DNA of 64,000 nucleotides. Origin: Alphaproteobacteria bacterium (GTDB lineage: Bacteria > Pseudomonadota > Alphaproteobacteria > SP197). Under the pieces are notes generated by a model. That model did no database searches, was not told where the DNA came from, and saw only the letters and a program-made list of their open reading frames with translations. Of this stretch, positions 1 to 9,687 are shown in pieces; positions within the stretch are counted from its first letter, which is position 1, and each line of letters opens with the position of its first letter. The stretch spans positions 3,584,001-3,648,000 of the forward strand of contig OZ219747.1 of NCBI GenBank assembly GCA_964291265.2, written 5' to 3'. Position numbers and translations under genes: made by a program.

Positions 1-385
1 GATCATCTCGCGCAGGAGATGGCTGCCGCACAGTTGATGGCGGCACTGATCGTAGCCCATGCAGGCAGCCCAGCAGTCGTGGATCAGGACGCCCTCGTAG
101 GGCGGGATGATGCCGGTCTCTTCGATCGCCTCCCGGCCGCGCTTGGGGTGCGGGAACTTGCACGTCAGGGTGCCGTCGGTGACGACATGGAGCCATGGGG
201 TCTTGCCGGCGACCCGGAAGCCGGTCTCGTCGACATGCAGGGCCGGGCGTTGCAGGAGATGGGCCACGGCGGCCTCCTCCCATGATGCGAGCGCATCGTG
301 AAAGCGCCGGACATAGCCGAGGCAGGTCGCTTCGGAGAGCTTGATGCCGGAGATCGCGTGCACGAGCGAGACCGCACGACGCAGG
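1..385 (-). pseudogene. IS66 family transposase (TnpC) internal fragment, 5'-truncated, runs off window start
   Basis: Minus-strand translation LRRAVSLVHAISGIKLSEATCLGYVRRFHDAL...LHVDETGFRVAGKTPWLHV...VLIHDCWAA...HQLCGSHLLRE matches IS66 DDE motifs (DET, HD, HQxCxxHxxR). Similarity stops abruptly near 385. Confidence 0.8.
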
Positions 386-419
386 GGCCCGGGGACGTGC
401 CCGACATCAGGCCTGTCCG

Positions 420-860
420 TTGGGGGATCTCGGCCCGGTCTCGCTCGAACCGGTGGGCGGCGTCGACGACCGCCGGCTCTGGGAGGCGATGATGGCGACC
501 CCCCAACCGCCGGGATGGGTGCGGCCAGATGCGCCAATGGATCCGCTCGAGGCGCCACGGGGATCGGCTTCGGGTCCGCGACCTGGCAGCTCAGGCCGCG
601 GGACAAGCGAATCAAATGGTCCGCCGATGTCCGTGCCGCCAACATCGGGCGCGTGATCTGCCATCATCGACATCTCCTGCTTCCCGGCATCCGGGTCTAC
701 GGTCTGGCATCCCAGGCCCTGAGCATGGCGGCGGAGTGCGTCGCCGACGACTGGGAGACCCGCTATGCCGCGCGCCCTGTGGCGGCCTGGACTCATGGCG
801 GCGCGGGGCGGACCAGCCGGCGCCGGGGCAAGGTTGGCACGGTGCGGGGCTTGGCCCTGG
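420..860 (+). pseudogene. Frameshifted DUF4338-domain fragment (remnant of an element like 36072-38500)
   Basis: Segments in different frames: LWEAMMA, MRQWIRSRRHG, IGFGSATWQLRPRD..IKWS..VRAANIGRVICHHRHLLLPGIRVYGLASQAL...DWETRY. These parallel the DUF4338 part of the 785-aa transposase in this window. Confidence 0.7.
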
Positions 861-977
861 ATGAGCGACCGGTGGCCGGGTCGCTTGTGAACGCGGCTGT
901 GTCATGGTTTCGGACATCCTGACCTCGGTCCATGTCAGGTGAGACGATCTTGGAGTGTTGCGCCATCGCCGGGGAGA

Positions 978-1230
978 TCAACAGCGTCTGCGTGGCCGCT
1001 GCGGTGCACCAGGGACCGTCTTGCCCCTGGTGGCCTTCAGGAACTTCATCACATGGTAGACGCCTTCGCGCGAGACATTGAAGGCCTGGCCAGATCGACA
1101 TAGATCAACATCGGTGACCGTGTGGAACCTGGCGACGCGCAGGGCCTGTCGACGGGTGTTATGATGGCAAGCATGGCAGTCGAAGGGCTCGAGGTTGGTG
1201 AGGTAGCATGCCTGATTGTCGATGACGGCC
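978..1230 (-). pseudogene. Possible degenerate N-terminal HTH fragment of a transposase
   Basis: Start-less frame CYLTNLEPFDCH...ALRVARFHTVTDVDL..QAFNVSREGVYHVMK looks HTH-like and lies among IS debris. Confidence 0.3.
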
Positions 1231-1505
1231 CATGAGAATAATGCTGCGATCGATATGGCATCGGCTCCCTTGGAGTGGCAGGGAGGGTGTCATGTCAGAC
1301 CACAGACCACAAACGGAGCATGTGATGTTGGACGCACCGATCGCCACATGCCAAGCGGCGTGCGCATTGAAACAGCCAGAAACACAGGAAAACAATGGAT
1401 TTCCTGACGGGACCGAGCCGCCTTCTCAGGAGATCGGATCAGAATGTCCGAGCTCAATCCGGCTTCGTGGTTCCTTCGTATGAGGCAGGCTGTGGGAACT
1501 GTATT

Positions 1506-1973
1506 TTGACAGCAAGGGGCCTCCTCATCATCGGCCACGTTCCTTCTCCGAACACGCGGCGTCTGCGCGATTCCGTGCTGGAAGGCGCCCTGGCAGCTGA
1601 TGCTGAATCGGTCGCCGTGGACGCCCGGTCACCGTTCGAGACCACGCCTGACGACGTCAAGGCCGCCGCCGCCCTGGTGCTCGGCACGACAGAGAACCTG
1701 GGATATATGTCGGGCGCGCTGAAGGACTTCTTTGATCGCTGCTACTACCCATGCCTCGAGGAAACCCGGGCAAAGCCCTATGCTCTCTACATCCGCGCCG
1801 GCCTCGACGGCACGGGGACAAGGCGTGCCGTGGAGAGCATTGCCGGTGGCCTTGGCTGGCGCGCCGTCAGCGAACCCCTGCTGCTGAAGGGTGAATGGCA
1901 GGATGGCTTTGCCGGAGAGGCGCACGAACTCGGCATGCTGATGGCCGCCGGCCTCGATGCCGGCATCTTCTGA
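1506..1973 (+). CDS. Flavodoxin family protein
   Basis: HVPSPNTRRL phosphate loop, LGTTENLGYMSGALKDFFDRCYYPCL, IRAGLDGTGT. TTG start at 1506 inferred (ORF open from 1395). Confidence 0.8.
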   Translation: MTARGLLIIGHVPSPNTRRLRDSVLEGALAADAESVAVDARSPFETTPDDVKAAAALVLGTTENLGYMSGALKDFFDRCYYPCLEETRAKPYALYIRAGLDGTGTRRAVESIAGGLGWRAVSEPLLLKGEWQDGFAGEAHELGMLMAAGLDAGIF

Positions 1974-1985
1974 AGGAGCGGTCAC

Positions 1986-3134
1986 ATGCGCAACCCGCAA
2001 CTCGAAGTCGGCCACGACAATCTCGCCTGGTGGAACCGGGCAGAAAACCGGCGCCACGGCTTCCGCAACTTCCACAGACTGAACCGTCGCGGCCTTGCCC
2101 TTCGTTCCGGCCATGTCCTGGTACTGCGGGACCGTCACCATCCGGCGATCGCCGGAAGGAGCGACGTTGCCCGGCTGACGGCCCTGCCCTCCTTCAGCGC
2201 CTTGGTGGTGGCGCAAGGCAGGGATGTCCTTTTCGAAGCCCATGCGGCCGACTGTGGCCCCGATACCCTTCATTCCATGCAGTCGATCACCAAGACCCAT
2301 CTCAATCTCGTGTTCGGCCGCCTCATCGCGTCCGGCAGGGTTGACCCCGGACAGACGGTGGAGAGGTGGATTCCCGAGGTCGGCAGCGGTTATCGCGGGG
2401 TAACTCTTCAACAGGTTCTCGACATGAACGTGCCACTCGCCTTCGACGAAGACTATGCGGCAGCGTGGAATCCCCCACCAGGACCCGGAGAACGGCCTGG
2501 CTATGGCCAGGAAGAGGTTGCCATGGGATGGCGCCTTCCACCCCCGGGAAGAGAAGAGTTCGGTGTCAGGGGATTCGCCCTCGCCCTCGAGAAGGACACG
2601 GATGACACCCCCGGTGACCGTGCCCGCTACTCCTCTCCGAACACGGATCTGGCGGGATGGATTGCCGAACGCGCCGCCGGCTGCAGTCTCTTCGAGCTCA
2701 TCTCCACGAACATCGAGGGCGCCGGTCTGGAAGCGACGTTCTTCGTCTCCCTCGACTGCGCCTTTGTTCCCGTGCTGAGCGGAGGGGGCGCCATGACGGC
2801 GCGGGACATGGCGCGATACGGGTTGCTGTTCGCCCGCAAGGGTATGGGTGTCATGGGAGAGGCCGCAGGAGATGCCGGGTTCATCGAGCACACGCGCACC
2901 CGGCAGGGGGTGCCCTTCGAGGGGTCATGGCCAGGGCTTTCCTACAGCAACCACATGTTTACCGATGGCACCTGGATCGGTCATGGCGGTTATGCCGGGC
3001 AGTTCCTCATGATACGGCCCGACAAGGACGCCGCCGCCGCATGGTTCAGCGTCGTCGACAGTGTCTACGGCGACGCCGAAGACCAGTTTTCCCGTGTCAT
3101 CGCCATGCTCTCGGACGTTCTGGAGAACCTGTAG
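1986..3134 (+). CDS. Serine hydrolase, beta-lactamase/NylB-like family
   Basis: SxxK (QSITK), YSSPNTD, C-terminal HGGYAGQ; RBS AAGGAG upstream; 382 aa. Confidence 0.85.
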   Translation: MRNPQLEVGHDNLAWWNRAENRRHGFRNFHRLNRRGLALRSGHVLVLRDRHHPAIAGRSDVARLTALPSFSALVVAQGRDVLFEAHAADCGPDTLHSMQSITKTHLNLVFGRLIASGRVDPGQTVERWIPEVGSGYRGVTLQQVLDMNVPLAFDEDYAAAWNPPPGPGERPGYGQEEVAMGWRLPPPGREEFGVRGFALALEKDTDDTPGDRARYSSPNTDLAGWIAERAAGCSLFELISTNIEGAGLEATFFVSLDCAFVPVLSGGGAMTARDMARYGLLFARKGMGVMGEAAGDAGFIEHTRTRQGVPFEGSWPGLSYSNHMFTDGTWIGHGGYAGQFLMIRPDKDAAAAWFSVVDSVYGDAEDQFSRVIAMLSDVLENL

Positions 3135-3388
3135 GCATCAGCACGTTCGATGACTCACGCCCGGCCAGCCGGCTGATGTCCGGCAGACGGCAGGGAAGAA
3201 GAGGGTCGACGCCGGAATCCTGCCATGGCGGAGCGCACCTTCTTGCGGCGCTCGGCATGCTCTCGGGTGAAGACGGCAGTTGCCCATCGATCCGATCACG
3301 CAGGCATGTCTTGAGTTCCGCAATGTGCGCCCTTCCCGGTCCGGCGGGACCCGAAGGCGAAAACCCGCAACCGGGCGTCCGGGTCGAC

Positions 3389-4153
3389 TCATGGTTCGGC
3401 GGCGCCCTCTTCGACGGGGTTGCCGCCTGCGGCAGCCGATGCGTGAAAGACACGGTCGAAGGCGGTGTCGAGGCGTTCACGATCGGTCGAGCGAAGTACG
3501 ATGCTGGTGCCGAAGGTTGCACCATCGCGCCATGGGTAACTCCCCATGTCGACATCGGGGAAGTCCCGCTGGAGCGTACCGAGAGCTCCGGCAATGGTTC
3601 CCTCTCCACAATGGACCCTGATGGCACGGGACAGAATGCGTGGCCCTCCGCGCAATCCGGAACTCGCCGCCCGAAACATGGCCTTCGCGATCTCCGGCAC
3701 ACCGGCCATCACGATGACATTGCCAATCTGGAAACCGGGCGCCATGCTCACCTCGTTGTCGATGAGCCGGGCGCCGTCGGGGATGCGGGCCATGCGCAGG
3801 CGGGCCTCGTTGGGCTCCATCCCCTGTTTGCGGAAGTGTGCCACAAGCGTATCCCGAACCTCGGGATGAATGCTGATACCGACGCCGAACGCTGCCGCGA
3901 TACTGTCGGCGGTGATGTCATCATGGGTGGGACCAATGCCACCGGTGGTGAAGACATAGGTATGTCGGTGGCGCAGTTGGTTGACAGCCGTAACGATCTC
4001 GTCCTCCACATCGCCCACCACCCTCACCTCCTTCAGTCGAATGCCGAGACCGGTGAGACTCTCTGCCAGGAAGGCGATATTGGCATCTCGGGTGCGCCCG
4101 GACAGGATTTCGTTGCCGATGACCACCACGGCAGCGGTAACGGTCTTGCTCAT
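3389..4153 (-). CDS. cinA: Competence/damage-inducible CinA-like protein (MoCF-biosynthesis domain)
   Basis: VVVIGNEILSGRTRDAN, VFTTGGIGPTHDDITAD, MAGVP, DMGSYP; start MSKTVTAA with GGAG RBS. Confidence 0.85.
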   Translation of the reverse strand: MSKTVTAAVVVIGNEILSGRTRDANIAFLAESLTGLGIRLKEVRVVGDVEDEIVTAVNQLRHRHTYVFTTGGIGPTHDDITADSIAAAFGVGISIHPEVRDTLVAHFRKQGMEPNEARLRMARIPDGARLIDNEVSMAPGFQIGNVIVMAGVPEIAKAMFRAASSGLRGGPRILSRAIRVHCGEGTIAGALGTLQRDFPDVDMGSYPWRDGATFGTSIVLRSTDRERLDTAFDRVFHASAAAGGNPVEEGAAEP

Positions 4154-4357
4154 CAAGGACTCCCCACCGGGCACCGCCCGAAGTGTGGCCCGCAAGATAT
4201 CTGATATGCAAACACTCCGCACGCAGCCCGGAGCGACTTCATGACAGGCGTGATGAGACCCGAAGACGGTCCAGGTGCCACGCACCCGGGAGGCCGCGTT
4301 TGCGGACAGGTGAAGCACGGCTATATTCGCCCAACTCTGGAGCACACGGAACTGAAC

Positions 4358-5020
4358 ATGACCACCGCCTTGCGACGAGCGGAACCCCGGGCCGACCCCC
4401 ACGCCTACCGACTGGTGCTGCGCTTCGCTCTTCTCAACATCGTCGCCGGCGCGCTACTCGTGGCAGGCGAGGCCAACGGCCTTGTCAGCCGGGCGATCGA
4501 GGCCGATTCGACCTCCTTTGTCCTGGTCATCGTGGTCGTGTTCCTCGTCGGCCTTGGCCTCGCGCTGCAGCGGGTGGTGTGGACCAGCCGTGAACTCAAC
4601 CAGGCAAGACGAGCGGAGCCCGATCGGAGGAGCTGCGCCGCCATTCATGTCGAGCGAACGGCCGACAAGGATGCCGACAGCCGCCAGACTCTGGCCCAGG
4701 CCGTGCGTCTCGAACTCTCGCAGAACATCACCATCATTCGCCATCTCGCCTCGAGTCTCGTGTTCCTCGGCCTCATCGGTACCGTTCTTGGCTTCATCAT
4801 TGCGCTGTCGGGCGTCGACCCCGACCTCGCCAGCGAGACCGAGAACATCGGTCCGATGGTCTCGGCCCTCATCGCCGGCATGTCCACCGCGCTCGTGACA
4901 ACCCTCGTGGGTGGTCTCCTCAACATCTGGCTCATGGCCAACTACCAGTTGCTCACCACGGGAACGGTACGGCTCATCAACACGATCGTCGAACTGGGTG
5001 AAAGCCGTGCAGGCCCTTGA
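4358..5020 (+). CDS. MotA/TolQ/ExbB proton-channel family membrane protein
   Basis: Four hydrophobic segments; signature LVFLGLIGTVLGFIIALSG and AGMSTALVTTLVGG. Confidence 0.85.
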   Translation: MTTALRRAEPRADPHAYRLVLRFALLNIVAGALLVAGEANGLVSRAIEADSTSFVLVIVVVFLVGLGLALQRVVWTSRELNQARRAEPDRRSCAAIHVERTADKDADSRQTLAQAVRLELSQNITIIRHLASSLVFLGLIGTVLGFIIALSGVDPDLASETENIGPMVSALIAGMSTALVTTLVGGLLNIWLMANYQLLTTGTVRLINTIVELGESRAGP

Positions 5021-5612
5021 TCCGCTCGATGACGATGCTGCTGCCACCGTCTTTCGCGACGTCATCCTGCTTGCCCTCCTGGGGTTCGTCGCCCTAGTGA
5101 TCCTGTTGCTGCCGCACGTCAATCCACCGGAAAAGAAGACATCGGATCTGATGACCCCAGGCAACGTGATCGTCGAGATCAAGTGGCCAGAGAGCATCGA
5201 TGCCGATGTCGACCTGTGGGTCAGGGCTCCAGGCGATGGCGCCGTGGGCTGGTCGCAGCGCGGCGGCGCCATCTTCGACCTGCTGCGAGACGATCTCGGC
5301 TATCTCAACGATCTCACCGCAGCCAATCACGAGATGGCCTATTCCCGGGGCGTTCCGCATGGCGAGTATGTCGTCAACGTGCATATGTACCGCAACGACA
5401 CCGAAGTCTGGCCGGTCCCTGTCTATGTCATCGTCAGCGTCAAGCTCGACATCGACAAGCCCGCCCGCCAGATCCTCCTCGGCAAGGTCGATCTTGTGCG
5501 TGTCGATCAGGAAGAAACCGTCTATCGCTTCAATCTGAACGAGGCGGGGGGGCTGTTGCCGCATACCGTCAACAATCTCTACACCTCCCTCTTCGACAGC
5601 CAGCGGTTGTGA
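5007..5612 (+). CDS. Single-TM putative stator B subunit with beta-rich extracytoplasmic domain
   Basis: N-terminal TM with Asp (VFRDVILLALLGFVALVILLL), then IVEIKW..DADVDLWV..P, LLRDDLG, GEYVVNVHMY. GTG start overlaps the upstream stop. Confidence 0.7.
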   Translation: MQALDPLDDDAAATVFRDVILLALLGFVALVILLLPHVNPPEKKTSDLMTPGNVIVEIKWPESIDADVDLWVRAPGDGAVGWSQRGGAIFDLLRDDLGYLNDLTAANHEMAYSRGVPHGEYVVNVHMYRNDTEVWPVPVYVIVSVKLDIDKPARQILLGKVDLVRVDQEETVYRFNLNEAGGLLPHTVNNLYTSLFDSQRL

Positions 5613-6136
5613 GCGTGTCGCTCGTCGCCATCAGCTTCATCGTCTGCTTCATGCTGGCTGCCGTCGCCGGCTGGGCGGCGGTCACGTCGGCTGGACGCCT
5701 GTCCCGCAAGATTGCCGCGCTGGTAGCCCTCGCCTTCCTCGTGCCCGCCGGCTATGGATCCATCAGTGAACTGCTCGGAAGGCCCAAGCCGGCGAGCGGT
5801 GCCTGGCTGGAAGATTTCACCACCTATCACACGGTGATCGCCTGGAAGATTCTCGAGGACAAGGCGATCTACCTGTGGCTCGAGATGCCCGATGGCAGGG
5901 AACCGAGAGTGTTCGCCTTCCCCTACGATACGGCGACGGTTGCGCGGCTGCAGAAGGCCGGCGAGAGAGCGAAATCACTGGCCAGCAAACTTCTGGCCCG
6001 CCTGGAGGAGAGCGGACCGGGGGGCACCACACGGCTTGAGTTCACCAGTCAGACTGAGTTCCGCCGCACACTCCCCACCAAGCCCGACCCGGACGACGAG
6101 GATGTCTTCGAACTCGACAAGAAGTCCGGGACTTAG
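5609..6136 (+). CDS. Hypothetical membrane protein (2 TM plus soluble domain), third gene of the MotA-like operon
   Basis: GTGA start/stop overlap; two TM helices then ELLGRPKP, AIYLWLE, EPRVFAFPY; 175 aa. Confidence 0.7.
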   Translation: MSVSLVAISFIVCFMLAAVAGWAAVTSAGRLSRKIAALVALAFLVPAGYGSISELLGRPKPASGAWLEDFTTYHTVIAWKILEDKAIYLWLEMPDGREPRVFAFPYDTATVARLQKAGERAKSLASKLLARLEESGPGGTTRLEFTSQTEFRRTLPTKPDPDDEDVFELDKKSGT

Positions 6137-6402
6137 GTGCTCCAGCGTCCTGCCTCGGCAGGCCGGACAACTTGACATTCACACTCATGGCATGGCCCCG
6201 GGGGAACTCCCCTGTCCGGGAGTTCGTCAACGCCGCCGACAAGCCGGTTGCCGGTCGAGCCGATGGCTCCGTATGGAAGCGATGCCGACGCCTCCGGGCA
6301 CGCCGGGCGCACCCCCCTGCAGTCGGTGGGTGAACGCTTGCGCAAGCATGCGGAAGGACAGAATTCCGTCGGGTGCTCGATGGCCGTTGAAAGGAACGAT
6401 CG

Positions 6403-7476
6403 ATGCGACTCCTCGTGGCCGGAGGGACCGGGTTCGTCATGAGTCATGTCGTGCGGACCTGGCTCGAACGCCATCCCCCGGCGTCCATCGTTTCCGTCGA
6501 CATTGCTCCGCCCGATTCCCTTGCGCAGCGCTTTTTCGAGTCCGTCCGGGAACGGCTGACGATGATCACCGGTGACGTACGCGATTCGCGCCTGCTCGAC
6601 ACGATACCCGGGAAGGAGTCGATGACCCATGTCGTGTGCGGCGCAGCCATGACACCCTCGGTCGGCACCACCGAGAAATCACGGTCGGCGATGATCGCGG
6701 GCGTCAACATCATGGGCCCGGTCAACTGCCTCGAGTTCGCGCGCGCCCTGCCCCGCCTCGAGCGCATGCTCCACATCTCCACGGGCAGCGTGTACGGTGA
6801 CGACGGCCCCGAAGACGGCAGACCGCTTCCCGAGGACGGCTATGTTCGCCCGTTTCCCGCCACGCTCTATCCCATCACCAAGCTCTCCGGCGAGATGCTG
6901 GCCAGACGCTGGCAGGAGATGTTCGGACTGCCCCTTCACATCGTGCGTCTGGCCAGCGTCTACGGACCGATGGACCGCCCGACGCCGGGACGCGCCTTTG
7001 CCTGCGCGCCCAACGTGATGATGCACAAGGCCCTGCGCGGCGAGTCCTGGAGCGTTGCGGGCACCGATGGCGTCGGCGATTACATCCACGCTGCCGATGT
7101 GGCCGGCGCAATCTGCGACCTGCTTGCGGCCCCCGCCCTTCGTCACGACGTCTACAACATCGCTTCCGGTGTGCCGACCACGCTGGGTGCACTCGCCCGC
7201 CTCGTATGCTCGGTCGTGCCCGGCGCCACCTGGCACGAGGCCACCCCGGGTGAACCCGCCGATGTCGTCGGCTGTTCGGCCCGGAAGACCGGCGCCTGGG
7301 GCGCCTACGACATTGCGCGCATCCTCGCTGATGTTCAGTGGCGCCCGAGACCGCTCCGTCAGGGCCTTTCCGACTACGCGGCATGGATCACCGACAACGA
7401 AACGGTCAGATCGCGCCCGCCCGGCACGGCCCCCGGTCCATTTGACCAGGAGGCATCAAGGGGATCGTCGACATGA
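6403..7476 (+). CDS. NAD-dependent epimerase/dehydratase (extended SDR)
   Basis: LVAGGTGFV, HISTGSVYG, YPITK (YxxxK), RLASVYGP, DYIHAADVA, VYNIASG. Confidence 0.88.
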   Translation: MRLLVAGGTGFVMSHVVRTWLERHPPASIVSVDIAPPDSLAQRFFESVRERLTMITGDVRDSRLLDTIPGKESMTHVVCGAAMTPSVGTTEKSRSAMIAGVNIMGPVNCLEFARALPRLERMLHISTGSVYGDDGPEDGRPLPEDGYVRPFPATLYPITKLSGEMLARRWQEMFGLPLHIVRLASVYGPMDRPTPGRAFACAPNVMMHKALRGESWSVAGTDGVGDYIHAADVAGAICDLLAAPALRHDVYNIASGVPTTLGALARLVCSVVPGATWHEATPGEPADVVGCSARKTGAWGAYDIARILADVQWRPRPLRQGLSDYAAWITDNETVRSRPPGTAPGPFDQEASRGSST

Positions 7477-8139
7477 TGTTCCTCCCTTCGACCGCCACGC
7501 TCCGATCTCATGGACGTGACCACGCGTCTACACGGTCCCACTGCACTGCGTGTTCCGTGGTGGCTTCAAGGGAATCAGGATCACTCATGCTGGTGAAGCT
7601 CGGCACAGACCGGGAAGTTGGACCACCCTGAACACCGGAGGGCACATTGAACGGTCGGCATGGCCGAACGTCTTGTGGAGATTCGCACGGAAGCCGGATT
7701 GACGGTCCACCTCGCGCCTCGGCATCATTCCGTGCGCCGTGAGTGCCCCCCCGGACCCTGGTGGCGTTCACGCGCAAATACAGCGCACCCCCTAGCGGTG
7801 TGGAATTTCCGCGTTCTCCGATGCGCGAACCTCCGACTTTTTCCCGAACAGACAAGAGGTTCACCTTGGAAACGGACGTTGCGTCGGAACCCATGCGCCC
7901 GGAGCCGGTGCTCGCCGTGGCGGTCTGGAATGCCGAACGCGACGTCCGGGAGATGTACCTGACGGCGGTGAGCGCAGCGGGGATACGCTGCGGCATCGCG
8001 ATCGAGCCTGCAGGCAAGCTGCGAGGCAACGATTGCTGGTCTGGCAAGGGCCCGTCGGGGAAGGTGTGGCTGCATGTTGAGGGCGGCTTGCCACAGCCGT
8101 GACAGGCGGTTGTGCGCAGACAATCGGGATGGAGGGTGC

Positions 8140-8844
8140 ATGAAATTCGTCTCGCCGCTCAGACGCGCCACGCTGGTGAGGCGCTACAAGCGGTTTCTCT
8201 CGGATCACCGGCTGGATGACGGCAGCACCGTCATCGCGCACTGTGCCAATCCGGGGCGGATGACCGGGATTGCGGAGCCCGGCATGACGACCTGGCTGCA
8301 GGATGTTTCCGGCGGCGGGCGCAAGCTCGCCTGGTCCTGGGAGCTCGTGCATGCGGACGGAGGGCTTGTCGGCTGTCATACGGGCAAGCCGAACCGCCTT
8401 GTCGAGGAGGCGATCTCGAGGCATGGCATTGCCGAGCTGGCCGGTTACGGATCACTGCGCCGCGAAGTGACCTGGGGCGACCGCTCACGCTTCGATTTTC
8501 TGCTCGACGATCCCGCGCGCGGATCCTGCTATGTCGAGGTCAAGAATTGCCACATGCGGCGGCAGGAGACCTGTGCGGAGTTTCCGGATGCGGTGACCAC
8601 GCGCGGAGCGCGGCACATGGAGGAGCTTGTGTCGGTTGTCAGAGCCGGCCATCGAGCCGTCGTGATCTGGTGCGTCCAGCGCATGGACTGCAACTCCCTC
8701 GCGATCGCCGCCGACATCGATCCCGGATTCGCAACGGCGGTGGCGCGGGCCTCGGGCATGGGCGTTGAGACACTGGCCTATTCGTGTAGATTGACCACCG
8801 AAGACATCGTGATCGACCGGCGGATTCCGGTTCGCCTTTTGTGA
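8140..8844 (+). CDS. sfsA: DNA/RNA nuclease SfsA
   Basis: RRYKRFLSD, AHCANPGRM, SRFDFLL, YVEVKNC, FPDAVTTRGARHM, QRMD. Confidence 0.95.
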   Translation: MKFVSPLRRATLVRRYKRFLSDHRLDDGSTVIAHCANPGRMTGIAEPGMTTWLQDVSGGGRKLAWSWELVHADGGLVGCHTGKPNRLVEEAISRHGIAELAGYGSLRREVTWGDRSRFDFLLDDPARGSCYVEVKNCHMRRQETCAEFPDAVTTRGARHMEELVSVVRAGHRAVVIWCVQRMDCNSLAIAADIDPGFATAVARASGMGVETLAYSCRLTTEDIVIDRRIPVRLL

Positions 8845-8863
8845 CAGACACCGGAGTTTTTCG

Positions 8864-9676
8864 ATGCAGCTCAAGCGTCGTCAGAGCGACTCGCACGTGA
8901 CAATCCACTCCGCAGAGGACATGGATGGCATGCGCGCCGCCGGCTCGCTCGCCGCCCGGACACTGGACATGATCGCTCCCCATGTCGTTCCCGGTGTCAC
9001 CACCGAGACCCTGGACCGTCTCTGCCATGCCTTCATCCTTGATCATGGAGCGGTCCCCGCGCCGCTCAACTATCGGGGTTATCCGAAATCGATCTGCACT
9101 TCGATCAACCACGTGATCTGCCATGGCATCCCTAGTTCCGGCAGGGTGCTGCGTGACGGTGACATCATGAACATCGACGTCACCGTCCTGCTCGACGGCT
9201 GGCATGGAGACACCAGCCGCATGTACCACGTGGGAGGCGTACGCCGGAAGGCCTCGCGACTGTGCGAGGTGTGCCACGAGTCCATGTGGCTGGGCATCAG
9301 GGCGGTGAAGCCGGGCGCCCGGCTCGGTGATGTCGGCCATGCGATCCAGAGCCATGCCGAGGCTCAGCGTTGCTCGGTGGTCTACGAGTTCTGCGGCCAC
9401 GGTATCGGTCGCGTCTTCCACGACGCGCCCAATGTCCTGCACTTTGGCGAAGCGGGGACCGGCCTTGAACTCGAACCCGGTATGTTCTTTACCATCGAGC
9501 CGATGCTCAATCTTGGGCGCCCGGAAGCACTGATCCTCGATGACGGCTGGACGGCGGTAACGCGGGACAAGAGCCTCTCGGCGCAATGGGAACACTCCGT
9601 TGCCGTGACCGAAGACGGTTTCGAGGTCTTCACGCTTTCGCCTGCCGGCCATACGTTGCCGCCCTATCCAAGCTGA
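8864..9676 (+). CDS. map: Methionine aminopeptidase type I
   Basis: CTSINHVICHGIP, NIDVT, GDTSR, GHGIG..FH, FTIEPM, AQWEHS metal-ligand motifs. Confidence 0.97.
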   Translation: MQLKRRQSDSHVTIHSAEDMDGMRAAGSLAARTLDMIAPHVVPGVTTETLDRLCHAFILDHGAVPAPLNYRGYPKSICTSINHVICHGIPSSGRVLRDGDIMNIDVTVLLDGWHGDTSRMYHVGGVRRKASRLCEVCHESMWLGIRAVKPGARLGDVGHAIQSHAEAQRCSVVYEFCGHGIGRVFHDAPNVLHFGEAGTGLELEPGMFFTIEPMLNLGRPEALILDDGWTAVTRDKSLSAQWEHSVAVTEDGFEVFTLSPAGHTLPPYPS

Positions 9677-9687
9677 CAGGCAACCGG

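Noticed and set aside
4358-6136. Zorya (ZorAB), or canonical ExbBD-TonB/TolQRA
   Set aside because: No long ZorA tail, no OmpA domain, no ZorC/D/E, and no Pro-rich TonB/TolA, receptor or tolB-pal nearby.
6137-6402. Riboswitch upstream of the epimerase
   Set aside because: A hairpin (GAACTCCC..GGGAGTTC) is present, but I recognise no riboswitch consensus; an Rfam/Infernal scan would be needed.
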